Shown in pieces: positions 35,649-48,498 of a stretch of DNA of 64,000 nt. This DNA comes from Mustelus asterias. Taxonomy: Eukaryota. The position numbers were made by a program, and so were the translations under genes. The stretch is from assembly GCF_964213995.1 (NCBI RefSeq), contig NC_135801.1, positions 26,660,001-26,724,000 on the forward strand, read 5' to 3'. The notes below the pieces were generated by a model, which was given only the letters and a program-made list of their open reading frames with translations, searched no databases and had not been told where the DNA came from. Within the stretch, counting starts at the first letter, position 1. Every line of letters begins with the position of its first letter.

Positions 35649-37191
35649 CTTCTAACCATTGTGCCACCACGCTTCTATCTGGATGCAACACAAGAAAAAC
35701 AACATGTCGTTCGCTTATAGAAGAGATGGAAAGAACCGAAGACACCTTAATGTAATGGTGATTGAAGAATGTTAATCCAAGTGGGTATATAAGATATATA
35801 GATACAATGAGTACTATGGGTGCCTGTAAATGATGGCAACATGTTATGAATGAATGATGGCATACTTGATATTTTAAAAACAATTGCACAATTGGTACAG
35901 AAATTGCTGGATGATATGTTCCGCCATTAGCCTCACTAAAAAAAAATTAAAACATCGTTTTGTCAGTCTTCCTATGGAAATGAATTATCTGTCAGCAAAT
36001 GACTAAATTTATGCCATTAATGGGAATTAATTTCGCTGGAACCATTTAGGACCAGTAATCTGTGTTGTGAGAATTCTGTTAATGCAATGGTTTATGGTTC
36101 GGGGTGATATGGTCTTGTCATAAAAGTGGAGTTCAGGATTATCATCTCAGATTGGTCATGGTCTCATTGATTGGCAGAGCAGACTCGATGGGCTGAATGG
36201 CCTACTTCTGCACCTATATCTGAGACGTCATGGTAGCCCATAAAAAGAACAATTAATCTGTGGAGTCTCACTCCAGCAAGCAGCGAATTGCTCCGAGAGA
36301 TTTATTTTCAATCTTGCTATCTGCCTTGGCAGTATTTTGTGCCAGTCTTGCCATCGACATTCCTGTTCACGGAATCATTGGTGCAATTTAATGTTGGCAT
36401 TGGGGCTCTTGCCCACTGGGTGTAGAACTGGTGGGAGTCCCATTTGCTTCTGTTGAGGAAAGCCTTCAAAAATTAAGTGCCTGACTGGCCAGTATCCGGC
36501 CTTCCCCAGGATTTAGGATCCCAGTGGACAGAAATCCCATCTGACAAGAGCTGTCAGCCAGAGGCCAACAGTTCTCCATTGCCCACTAATGCCAACGACA
36601 ACAGTGGCTGATGCTGGTAATGCACACACCAGAGGCCTAGGTGAGGAACCCTGGCCACAGGTGACTGAGGACAGGATAGGGGTAGCTAGCTGGGGGTGTG
36701 ATAGAGGAAAGGGCACTGGGGGGAGTGGTGCTCTGAGCAGTTGCCCCCAACGACCCCACTCTTGATGTTAGGTCTCTCAAACAGGCACTGAGTTCCTTTG
36801 AATGAGTGACCTCCCCACTCGAAGTCCATTTCCAGGCTACCCTCATGGCGACTGTCCTGCCTACCACTGGGTGAATACCAGTGGCAATGGAATGAGGTCC
36901 TTAATTAGTGCTCTGATGAGAAGGCCATTGAAAAGCCTTCATGCCTCAGACTTATTTAGGAAAGCAGAGGGCTCATCAAACTGCGTGCTCCTGCAAGATT
37001 AAATACAACTCACCACCAAAGTTGACACTGGTGTCATTAGATTCCACACATATTCCAGCCCCACTGCAGATGCAGCAAACCATTCAAACGTCTTTTGGCC
37101 TCGGCAGAACTGGAAGATCCCACCAGCGGGAGGGGCAAGAAAATTCCAGCCAAATGATTAACTTAAGAAGTCGACCAGCAGCAACTTGCAT

Positions 37192-37498
37192 TCATAAAGA
37201 ATCCCTACAGTGCAGAAGGAGGCCATTTGGCCCATCGAGCCAGGCCTTATCCCTGTAACCCCACGTATTTACCCTGCTAATCCCCCTGATGCTAAGGGGC
37301 AATTTATGGTCAATCATGGTCAATCAACCTAACCCGCACATCTTTGGACTGTGGAGGGAAACAGAGAACCCAGAGGAAATCCATACAGACACGGGGAGAG
37401 CGTGCAAACTCCACACAGACAGTAACCCAAGCCAAATTGAACCCGGGTCTCTGGTGCTGTGAGGCAGCAGTGCTAACCACTGTACCACCGTGCTGCCC
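37192..37498 (-). mobile_element. HE1 V-SINE
   Basis: Reverse-complement copy. Confidence 0.88.
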
Positions 37499-37514
37499 CA
37501 ATATAGCAACTTTA

Positions 37515-37748
37515 ATTTTTTTATTCATTCGTGAGAGTTGGGCATCGCTGGCTGGCCACCATTTATTGCCCATCCCTAGTTGCCCTTGAGAAGGTGGTGG
37601 TGAGCTACCCTCTCGAATCACTGCAGTCCACGTGCTGTGGGTTGACCCACAATTCCATTAAGGAGGGAATTCCAGGATTTTGACCCAGCGACTGCCAAGG
37701 AACGGCAATGTGTTTCCAAGTCAAGATGGTGAATAGCTTGGAGGGAAA
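37515..37748 (-). mobile_element. CR1/L2-group LINE 3' end
   Basis: Homologous to 27263-27512. Confidence 0.8.
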
Positions 37749-37919
37749 TTAATGTGGTAAAACATCCTTGGTAGGAAAATTGCAGCTACTTCTCTAGTCA
37801 AGCCAGGGTTAAGAGTGCTGCCAGAGCCTGATGATATCATTGAACTCCGATCTCCATACTTAGAATGAGACCCTTTTGTTTTCAGGCTGGTTCCTTCCTC
37901 AGAATTAGCTGGTTAAGAT

Positions 37920-38017
37920 CCACTCCATCTGCCGAAGGAGCAGCGCTCCGAAAGCTAGTGGCGTTTGCTACCAAATAAACCTGTTGGACTTTAACCTGGT
38001 GTTGTTAGACTCCTTAG
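37920..38017 (+). mobile_element. Penelope-like fragment with minimal hammerhead
   Basis: CCAT-CTGCCGA-A-GGAGC-AGC-GCTCC-GAAA-GC-TA-GTGG (37925-37961); possible TSD TAAGAT. Confidence 0.68.
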
Positions 38018-38261
38018 TAAGATTAGGATTAGCATAGGGAGATCAGCAGGTAAGTCATCTGGGTATTTTAATTTCTTTCACCAGATGGCAAAGTTAAAAT
38101 TGCTTGGTAAATTTAACCACTTCCATGCCTTGTCCAATGTTACTCCATAAGGATAGCCAATTATGATTTCCAAATGAATAATCCAAAGGCTAGTCCCCTT
38201 CCCATTCCATGAAGCAGTATCAGCTCCTGAGCTGGTCTGTTGTGTGTTGCCAGATCAAAGG

Positions 38262-38425
38262 CCAACAGGTTTATTTGCAATCACGAGCTTTTGGAGCGCT
38301 GCACCTTCATGCTGTGAAGCAGCGCTCTGAAAGCTCATGATTCGAAATAAACCTGTTGGACTTTAACCTGGTGTTGTGAGGCTTCTTACAGTGCCCACCC
38401 CAGTCCAACGCCGGCATCTCCACAT
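38262..38425. mobile_element. Penelope-like inverted terminal fragment
   Basis: Same family as 9889-10073, fold-back around GCAGCGCTC.GAAAGCTC. Confidence 0.65.
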
Positions 38426-39472
38426 CTGTTGTATGTTGTCCTCTTTTGAGGTCAGATTAATATATTTTTTGCAGATAGATGGTGGCTGAACTGTTACCAA
38501 TTGATTAAGCAAGCAATTACAGTCTGCAGTGAACATAGAATTATCATAGCACCATTCCAGTTCCTTTACTTGACCTCACAATCAAATGACAATTCTACCA
38601 ACGCGAAATGCCAAAAGTAATTAAAATACATTCAGTATCACATGATTATCAAGGGCATTAATATACATCAAAAGGCAAATGGATACTTACAGTAGAAACT
38701 TGATCAGGTAATGGTGTAAATCAGTGAATTGTATTAAATACTATTTTTAATTTGACTTAAAAAGAAAATAATTAGTGCCAGAGAAGAAAATAAAACTGAA
38801 AGGCAGCACTGGATTGCTCCTTAATATTTGCTTTTAATTGCTATTTTCGTAAACATGACTTATTCCACTAAATCTGGGTGTCATAGCACAGTGTTGAAAT
38901 GGAGTAGCTGCGGTTACCAGAGATAGGATTGATAAATCTGTAGTACTATTATTGACAAGTTAAGCTGCATGTTCTTGAAATGTGGAGACAGTCTTAACAA
39001 AACTTAAGTATATTCATGAACAATGCTCCTTCAGTCTCTGAGCAGATTTGTTGGTTGATGAATCTTATATTCTTTCAGCCAGCCAATATAAATGCCTATA
39101 TATAACCCTCGGCGCTTTATCTTTCCAATATATTTATTGCAAGCTGTGGACCACCTTGTCACGCTTTATCCTTGATTTGTCCCTGCCGACCCTGGGCTGG
39201 ACAGGTGTACAGTCCCTGAGTTTGGTGAATTGGGCATTCGATGCAGGTGTTGTCCAGGTGGGTGGAGCTCCAATAACACTCAAGAAGCTTGACAGAGCAA
39301 AGCAGCCCTCCTGACAGACATTCACCCCCTCCACCACCAATGAACCTTGGCAGCAGTGTGTACCATCGACAAGATGTATTGCAGAAACTCATTGATTATT
39401 TTCCACTTAAGTATCTTCTGAATGGCAGTGTTGAGGTTTTTATAGATTGGAATTGATTACATCTTTGATACA

Positions 39473-42080
39473 AGGGTGGAATTTTACACTCTCCTGCTGG
39501 AGGATTTGTGGGTTTGGGGGAGGGGGGGTGGGGTGGGGGGATTGGGGGGTCGGCGGTGGGTGTAAAATTCCTCGGATGGGTTTCCTGCTGGATTACTGCC
39601 CACCCCAATCTCTCCACAATTTTATACTGGGATGGGCAAGATCAAGGTCCACCAGCCCGGCCTTGTCCTAATTGAGACCTTAAAGGCCATTTCCTTCCTA
39701 ACCTCAATTTTCAGGCTGATGGGAGGAGTTGCAGAGCAGGGGGAAAGCCAAACATAAACAGAGTTCAACTCTTAGGTAGGAGGTGGGGTGGGAAGGGACA
39801 CCTCCATCAGCAGCCTCCTTTTAACAAAAGGTCTGGTTCCTATAAGTCCCCCCCACTGGTTTTTCTGCTGGCACCCCAACACCCCTCTGTCCACTCCCCT
39901 TCCAGGCCTCACCTACCCTCCCTGTCCTAAGACTTCCAAAACTTACCTGGTCCTGGACTACCAGGATTTAACCTAAGGGGACTGTTTTCAGTCCCAGTCC
40001 TGTCCACTGCATCTTCTGGCATTGCAGAGATTAGAGAATTGCCGGCCAATCAGATTAGCTGTAACTCTCTGAGAACATAGAACATAGAACAGTACAGCAC
40101 AGAACAGGCCCTTCGGCCCACGATGTTGTGCCGAGCTTTATCTGAAACCAAGATCAAGCTATCCCACTCCCTATCATCCTGGTGTGCTCCATGTGCCTAT
40201 CCAATAACCGCTTCAATGTTCCTGAAGTGTCTGACTCCACTATCACTGCAGGCAGTCCATTCCACACCCCAACCACTCTTTGCGTAAAGAACCTACCTCT
40301 GATATCCTTCCTATATCTCCCACCATGAACCCAATAGTTATGCCCCCTTGTAATAGCTCCATCCACCCGAGGAAATAGTCTTTGAACGTTCACTCTATCT
40401 ATCCCCTTCATCATTTTATAAACCTCTATTAAGTCTCCCCTCAGCCTCCTCCGCTCCAGAGAGAACAGCCCGAGCTCCCTCAACCTTTCCTCATAAGACC
40501 TACCCTCAAAACCAGGCAGCATCCTGGTAAATCTCCTCTGCACTCTTTCCAGCGCTTCCACATCCTTCTTATAGTGAGGTGACCAGAACTGCACACAATA
40601 TTCCAAATGTGGTCTCACCAAGGTCCTGTACAGTTGCAACATAACCCCACGGCTCTTAAACTCCAACCCCCTGTTAATAAAAGCTAACACACTAAAGGCC
40701 TTCTTCACAGCTCTATCCACTTGAGTGGCAACCTTTAGAGATCTGTGGATATGAACCCCAAGATCTCTCTGTTCCTCCACAGTCTTCAGGACCCTACCTT
40801 TGACCCTGTAATCCACATTTAAATTAGTCCTACCAAAATGAATCACCTCACATTTATCAGGGTTAAACTCCATTTGCCATTTTTCAGCCCAGCTTTGCAT
40901 CCTATGTCTCTTTGCAACATACAACAGCCCTCCACCTCATCCACTACTCCACCAATCTTGGTGTCATCAGCAAATTTACTGATCCACCCTTCAGCCCCCT
41001 CCTCTAAGTCATTAATAAAAATCACAAAGAGCAGAGGACCAAGCACTGATCCTTGTGGCACTCCGCTAGCAACCTGCCTCCAATCCAAAAATTTTCCATC
41101 CACCACCACCCTCTGTCTTCGATCAGCCAGCCAGTTACCTATTCAATCAGCCAACTTTCCCTCTATCCCACACCTCCTCACTTTCGTCATAAGCCGACCA
41201 TGGGGGACCTTATCAAACGCCTTACTAAAATCCATGTATATGACATCAACTGCCCCACCTTCATCAACACACTTAGTTATCTCCTCAAAAAATTCAATCA
41301 AATTTGTGAGGCATGACTTGCCCTTCACGAATCCGTGCTGACTATCCCGGATTAATCCGCATCTTTCTAAATGGTCGTAAATCCCATCCCTAAAGACCTT
41401 TTCCATCAATTTACCAACCACCGAAGTAAGACTAACCTGTCTATAATTACCAGGGTCATTTCTATTCCCTTTCTTAAACAGAGGAACAACATTCGCCACT
41501 CTCCAGTCCTCTGGCACCATCCCCGTGGACAGTGAGGACCCAAAGATCAAAGCCAAAGGCTCTGCAATCTCATCCCTTGCCTCCCAAAGAATCCTAGGAT
41601 ATATTTCATCAGGCCCAGGGGACTTATCGACCTTCAGTTTATTCAAAACTGCCAGGACATCCTCCCTCTGAACATCTATTTCCTCCAGCCTATTAGCCTG
41701 TAACACCTTCTCTTCCTCAAAAACATGGCCCCTCTCCTTGGTGAACACTGAATAAAAGTATTCATTCATCACCTCGCCTATCTCTACTGACTCCATACAC
41801 AAGTTCCCACTACTGTCCTTGACCGGCCCTAACCTCACCCTGGTCATTCTTTTATTCCTCACATAAGAGTAAAAAGCCTTGGGGTTTTCCTTGATCCGAC
41901 CCGCCAAGGACTTCTGAGGAGGGGCTTCCTCCTGCATGAGGAATGGAATCCTGTCTCCAGCCAATGAACGTTCATTGGTGTGTTAAAAGACTGCAGGGCA
42001 GGCAGTAACAGCAGGAATGTGCTCCCCACCGACTCTTCAAATGGCGGGAGGGAAACCCCTCCATCCTAAAGATCCTGGCC
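39473..42080. mobile_element. Non-autonomous Harbinger-like element split by CR1
   Basis: Left end GGGTGGAATTTTAC, right end AAAGATCCTGGCC; CR1 inserted inside. Confidence 0.45.
40074..41912 (-). mobile_element. CR1/HER1-like LINE, 5'-truncated, with most of the RT domain
   Basis: ORFs 41143-41964 (KSPGPDEIYPR..QHGFVKGKSCLTNL..YMDFSKAFDKVPH), 40843-41109 ([18 protein letters not shown]) and 40154-40924. Stop and frameshift present. TSD TCTGAG (40068-40073, 41913-41918). Confidence 0.96.
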
Positions 42081-42113
42081 AATAATTTAGCCAAAAGTCT
42101 AGCCGAGTATCCA

Positions 42114-42250
42114 AGGGCGTGATTTTATTGGTCATTCATGCCACAGTCCTGCTGCAGCAAAGTCGGAGAATTTGGCACCCAGCCAAATCTCCTCTCACTG
42201 AAGCGGGATGGGAAAATCCCATTAACGTGAAAGACTGTAACATTCCGGCC
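42114..42250. mobile_element. Harbinger-type MITE
   Basis: GGGCGTGATTTTA / TAACATTCCGGCC. Confidence 0.55.
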
Positions 42251-42415
42251 TTAAATGGTTGTTGCACATCTCTAGATTGTTATTATTGATTCATAAAACT
42301 GAACTTTGCTAGCAGTCACGTATGAAAAGATAGAGTTAAAATGGCCATCAGGCCCATCAAGCCCTCCACCAAGTAATACACCCCTGATCCATCCGTTACC
42401 TCCTGGGCAGCTGCA

Positions 42416-42715
42416 AACGTTGGCACAATGGTTAGCACTGCTACCTCACAGTGCCAGGTTCGATTCCCAGCTTGGGTCACCGTCTGTGTGGAGTCTGCAC
42501 ATTCTCCCCGTATCTGTGTTTCTTCCAGGTGCTCCGGTTTCCTCCCACAGTCCAAAGATGTGCAGGTTAGGTGGATTGGCCATGCTAAATTGCTCCTTAC
42601 TGTCAGGCTAGGGTAAATGCGTGGGGTTAAGGGGATAGGGCCTGGGTGGGATTGTGATCGGTGCAGACTCGATGAGCCGAATGGCTTCCTCTGGACAAAT
42701 CTATGGATTCTATGG
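42416..42715 (+). mobile_element. HE1 V-SINE
   Basis: Near full-length. Confidence 0.88.
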
Positions 42716-44354
42716 AACCAGCAGCCAATTCTAGGAAAACTGAGAAATTCCTCTCTGTGCAACCTTACCATAGTCTAAACATTTTGTTACTGCTTTTGCA
42801 CTAATGGTGGATGCCAAATGCTGCTTTCCAAAAATACTACTTGCCCATCTGTCGGAACTGATTCTGAAGCTCCTTACAAAGGATAATAATGGGACAGAAC
42901 CTGTTATTGTTAACTAACGGCATCTATTGGAGGTGTGACTGAAAATGACAGAACAAAGTTATGATGGCCAAGAACGTTTGTCTCCTGACAGGATATTGTT
43001 TGAGGCTCAAATATAATGTGCAATTACCCACAGTTATCCAGCCTTTACTTGTAAAAATACAATGCTTACCCCTTGGTTACTTGTATTTATGTCCAGCATA
43101 GAAAAACAGTGTGGGTTTGATCGCTATTGTTTTAGTGATTGAAGAACAGCTATTTAAATTGAAGTCCTTTCTCCATTGCTCAGGGAAGTTACCTATCTCC
43201 ATCTGTGATGCTTTTATGAACTGTTAATAATAGGACTGTTTTTTGTTGCTGTTTTTTGCGTTTGGCTAGATTCCCACAGTAGGAATCTGTAGGATTCCGC
43301 TTCTTGGCTGTACATTATATTTGAGGAAGTCGATGGTTCAAAACCGGAGGTAATTATTTATTGCTAGCTTATATTTGGACTGATGCAACCCCTTCCCTGC
43401 TCCCACACTAGGCCTCATAACAACACTGCCAAGATCATTGGCAAGAAAGAACATGTAATTCAATAGACTAAAGGTGTTTGCCAAGGAAGCGTTTTCAGCG
43501 ATTGACTCAATGAAAAGCTCGAGAATGATTAAGTTCTGAATGGTACAATCCTAAACATGGATAAATAACGGCAAAAACACAGCAAGAAAAATGGTCCCAT
43601 CAAGCCTGTCCCAACATTTCTGCTCATCTGTTCGATCCATTTGATGCCTAAGCCTGCAACGACCTCCCTCTACAAAGTCTCCCTGAATATTTCAGGTGAT
43701 TTGTGCCTATGGACAGAGAAGTGGGGAGAGAAGGTGGAGGAAAGGAATGAGTTCTGGTTGAGGGGGGGAGGGGGGGGGGGAATAAATTTGCAGCCTGGGA
43801 GCCTGATGGGTATCCCTCAGGGCCCGATTACCATTACCGCAGCCAGATAGATTGAGTGGTTCTCAGGCAGATGGACCTTCAGCATCACTCAGTGAGCAGA
43901 GAGAATGGAGGGATAGAGGACATTGGTGAAGCAAAGGGGGGAGATCCAGACAGATTGGGCGAGGAGAGGAGATGATCACAGGATCCCGTGGAGGATATGG
44001 CAGGGTCGTATCAGGAGGAGATCACTGCACATGGAGGACTTCACATCACACAATGGGGTTTTTCTTTCAGAGGCTTAGGTTCATAGGTTTTCTTCGTGAA
44101 CAGGGGTAAATCATATATTCCTGCCCCACGAACAGGCACTCACCTATCACATGCAAAGTCTTCACCTCTCTTTAGCTGTAGCATTCCTTGAGACCTGGGA
44201 TTGTCCAGTTTTAAAGCTGCAACAAAGAAAACAAAATATGCCTCATTAAAATATTTCAATAGACAATACCCCTCTTAGGGCTGCTTTGGCTGCACAAAAC
44301 TATACCCACTGAAGACATTTTGCATGATTGTTACTCATCATTACTGCCTGCTTA

Positions 44355-44680
44355 GGGCAGCACCGTGGCACAGCGGTTAGCACTGCTGCCTCACAGCGCC
44401 AGCAACCCGGGTTCGATTCCGGTCTTGGGTGACTGTCTGCACACTCTCTCCGTGTTTGTGTGGGTTTCCTCCGGGTGCTCCAGTTTCCTCCCATAATCCA
44501 AAGACGTGCATGTGGATTAGGTTGATTGACCATGCTAAATTGCCCCTTAGTGTCAGGGGGAATAAGAGGCTAAATACATGGGGTTATAGGGATAGGGCCT
44601 GGGTGGGATTGTTGTCCGGGGGCTGAATGGCTTCCTTCTATACTGTGGGGATTCTATGATTCTATTCTATAATTCTATGG
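44355..44680 (+). mobile_element. HE1 V-SINE
   Basis: Full-length copy. Confidence 0.9.
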
Positions 44681-45435
44681 TCACTTGTCATTTTTCTTTT
44701 ACAAACTCATCCTTTTTGCAAAAAGTTGCTTCTCTCCCTCAATTTTTCTTTAGCAGACCCTAATTCCTCTGCACTACTCTTACAACGCACACTCTGCAAT
44801 TGCACTTCTGCCAATTGTTTCTGAGACTGTTCATGCTCTTTTGTGAGAAGTTCTAGTTGCTCTTCAAAGGTATATACTCAGCATGAATTCTGTGTTTCAA
44901 ATCTTCCAAGTGTTTATAGTTTTTATCTTATGTCTCATATTGTTATTGCTATAATGTCAATAGTACATTATCATCACCCCATCTCTCCCCTTCAAGTCCT
45001 TGAAAGGGAACCCTTGTTGCCACTTATTTCCCAATTTAACCCAAATGCTTGAGTGCTTCCATCTTTTCCAGTTGTTTCATTCAGCTCAGTAACTATTCTG
45101 GTAGGTCGAGTTGTCTTAGTTTCAGAGTTACCCTTATATCATTTTCACAACTTCATCTGGGCATTGAGGTCTGCTTGGAATCTTTCTTCCATGGTCACTG
45201 ACTGCTCTTTGAACTCTTTCAGTTCACTTGTTAAATCATCAATCTCTTTCATTAAATCCCTCTGATTGAAGTATGGATTCGCTCTTCCATATTACATATC
45301 TCAAACTTCATGTTACTCAGATTGGATCAAAGGTTTAAGAAGTTCATTAGTTTCGATTGTTAATTCTGCTTTCACGCAACTGTTCTAATGTGTCAGCAAC
45401 TCTTTCTGCTATTGAGACCTGCCATGCTGTACCCA
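44681..45435 (-). pseudogene. TPR: Decayed, intron-less TPR (nuclear basket coiled-coil protein)-like segment
   Basis: Minus strand ~45420-45075 translates (with stops and frameshifts) QKELLTH*NSCVKAELTIETNELLK / SNLSNMKFEICNMEERIHT / NQRDLMKEIDDLTSELKEFKEQSVTMEERFQADLNAQMKL*K*YKGNSETKTTRPTRIVTEL. This is colinear with my recollection of vertebrate TPR ([92 protein letters not shown]). Further unassigned coiled coil to ~44690. Confidence 0.75.
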
Positions 45436-45505
45436 AAACCTTCCTCCATTAAAACCAGAAGTGGATGGTTTTAAAGAGGTCTTAGTTCGGGCTTGAGATT
45501 TATTT

Positions 45506-45858
45506 GCACGGTGGCACAGTGGTTAGCAATGCTGCCTCACAATGCCAGGGACCCGAGTTCAATTCTGGCCTTGGGTGACTGTCTGTGTGGAATTTGCACG
45601 CTCTCCCCGTGTCTGAGTGGGTTTCCTTTGGGTGCTTCGGTTTCCCCCCACAGTTTAAAGATGTGCAGGTTAGGTGGATTGGCCATGCAAAATTGTGCCT
45701 TAGTGTCCAAAGATGTGTGAGTTAGGGAGATTAGTGGGTAAATGTGTGGGGTTACAGGGATAGGGGAGAGGATGGGCCTGGCTAAGATGTTCTGTCGGAG
45801 AGTCAGTGCAGACTCGATGAGCCAAATGGCCTGTTTCTGCAGTGTTGGAATTCTATGA
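45506..45858 (+). mobile_element. HE1 V-SINE
   Basis: Full-length copy. Confidence 0.88.
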
Positions 45859-46284
45859 GATTATTCCATTTGACTACTTTCCAGTTGATCCACACTCACC
45901 TGTTTAAATGTCCCCTGGCTTTTTCTTTTTAATTTCCTGACAGCAGAAGCTGCTGCTTTAAATAGCAGCTGCAACCTTTAGGATCTGCACACGTGTTCCC
46001 GCCTCCTGCTGACAACAACCACCCACAAATCAACTCCATTCTGCTTGGCAACTTGCCATGAAATGGTAAAACCTCATTCCTCCAGTGAAAGCAGTTTCTT
46101 GGTTTGATCTCCCTTCCATCTGTCAGTAACCGGTCCTTAAACTCAGAGTTTAAAACCAATAGCCAGAGCCAACGTCCAGGAATCCAGCAATTAATTAAAG
46201 TTGCAATGACGTCTTTATTTGTGATACAATTCCACTTAGAGCAGTTCCGGGCTAAGCAACCTCTTCGGGATCAGGCCCTTTCTC

Positions 46285-46588
46285 AGTGCCTCACAGCGCC
46301 AGCGACCCGGGTTCGATTCCCGACTTGGGGCACTGTCTGTGCGGAGTCGCCACGTTTCTCTCCGTGTCTGCGTGGGATTCCTCCGTGTGCTCCACTTTCC
46401 TCCCACAGTCCAAAAGATATGCGGGCTAGGTGGATTGGCCATGCTAAATTGCCCCTTAATGTCAGGGGCACTAGCTAAGTTAAATGCATGGGATTATGGG
46501 GATAGGGCTTGGGTGCGATTGCGGTCAGTGCAGACTTGATGGGCTAAATGGCCTCCTTCTTCACTATAGGATTCTGTGATTCTATGAT
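46285..46588 (+). mobile_element. HE1 V-SINE (A box missing)
   Basis: B box, V domain, CR1 tail. Confidence 0.88.
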
Positions 46589-46606
46589 TAAATCATTTTC
46601 GCAAAG

Positions 46607-46742
46607 GGAAGAAGCTTCAGGGTCACCCAAACTCAAAACATTGGCTCTATTCTCTCTCCACAGGTGCTGTCAGACCCGCTGAGATTTTCCAGCATTTTCT
46701 GTCTTTGTTCCAGATTCCAGCATCCACAGTATTTTGCTTTTT
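46607..46742 (+). mobile_element. Penelope-like terminal fragment
   Basis: Reverse complement of the 6546 family. Confidence 0.55.
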
Positions 46743-47002
46743 AGCTTACTTCTGATACCTTCAGGGGGTTGAAATTCTGCTAGCTTTGTAGTGCACTCCC
46801 AGTGGAGTTAACCTGGGAACCTGGTGGAAGGGTTGGAACATAGGTCTTAGCCTTATTAATGGGATTATTGCTGAGGGGCTGGACCTGCACCAAGCAAAGC
46901 CACTGGAATGGGTAGGGACAAGATTGAAGGCAGGGGCCTTTCAGAAGACTAGCACATCTCTGGAGGCAGATTTGCAGAGAAGAAAGGGGAATGAACCTCT
47001 TC

Positions 47003-47314
47003 CATAGTGAAATCCCTATAGTACAGAAGGAGGCCATTCGACCCGTTGAGTCTATACCGACCACAATCCCACCCAGTCCCTATCCCCTTATCCCTCAATT
47101 ATGCTGATAATCCCCCTGACACGAGGGTCAATTTATCATGGCCAATCAACCTAACCCTCAAATCTTTGGACTGTGGGAGGAAACCAGAGCACCCGGAGGA
47201 AACCCACGCTGACACGGGGAGAATGTGCAAACTCCACGCAGACAGTCACCCGAGGCCGGAATTGAAGCTGGGTCCTGGTATTGTGAAGCAGCAGTGCTAA
47301 CCACCGTGCTGCCC
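47003..47314 (-). mobile_element. HE1 V-SINE
   Basis: Reverse-complement copy. Confidence 0.88.
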
Positions 47315-48371
47315 TGTGTTTGCAGGGGCTCTATGGAGCATCAGGCCGAGGAACATAGTCTGGATTCCTACAACTGACTTTACCAATGAAAGTCACATCT
47401 TTCAACTGATAATCAAATTATCTGCTGTGATGTTCCAGTCCAGTACTTCATTAACTCTATTGATAACTGAATACTTTTAATGATTAGTCAATAATGTACT
47501 CAATACCTTATTCCTCTTATCCAGGCTTCCCACTGTGCCCATGTTTCTTGCACTGATGAGCATCTGCTGACATGCTCCAACGCAAAATCCCATCTTCTAC
47601 TCCTTAAGCAACCTGGTTAATTTGTCAAGACTCGGGCCTAGAATTTCTGTTTGATCACACCACGTTGTTCAACATAGCTCCCCAAATATTGGGGCAATTT
47701 GAAGCACAATTTACATTCAGTGCAACGCGAGTTTCCACAATCTTTTATGTGGTTTTAAAAACATTATTCCAGAAACTCAGAAAACAGGACAGGGAACCAA
47801 CACCATCCCCTCTGCCCCCCCCCCCCAACCGCCCCCCCCCCCCCCCCCCCCCCCCCCCCGACCCCGACCCTCCGGACTCTCCACCCACCCAATCCAGCCT
47901 AAATTAATCCCCATTGGGATTTTCCACTAATTATTCTCATTTGTACGTTTTCAATAAGGTGACAAAATTAAACTGGATGTCTCTTTGAGTGCAAGGACAT
48001 GACTAGGTAGACTTTGAATTATTTCCTCTTGTAATGGTTCCCTCCTCATGTACTGAAGAACTGTCCCCCCCATGTAACTAGGAAATAGTTTTGTGTGTTT
48101 CTTCAGAAGTCATTTGCAATCATTTAAAATCAGGTTACTTACAGGCGGTATTTTGCCACTGTGATTTGAAATGTATAATTTTTTTGTGATAACCCCACTT
48201 TCAGCAGTATTGATCAAGCTTCACCAAGTTTCCACCCTTAAATACATCAAAAAATATGTTTTAGAGCAAATCTTTTGCAAAACAAGTTAAGTTTAAATCC
48301 CGCCTGATTGCTTAGTTCTAGACAAATGGGTTCAATGATATGCAAACGCAATTGAACAGAAAAAATACACT

Positions 48372-48498
48372 TGGCGGGATTTTATGGCCTCACTCATCCC
48401 GAAACCATAAAATCCCGCCTGAGGTCAATGGACCTTTCCATTGTCCACCCCCCACCCACTCCCATTCCCATGACAGGTGGGACAGTAAAATTCCGGCC
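48372..48498. mobile_element. Harbinger-type MITE
   Basis: GGCGGGATTTTA / TAAAATTCCGGCC, TSD ACT. Confidence 0.7.

Noticed and set aside
40154-41964. Active or domesticated reverse transcriptase gene
   Set aside because: 5'-truncated, lacks the endonuclease, and is broken by a stop and a frameshift; an ordinary dead CR1 copy.
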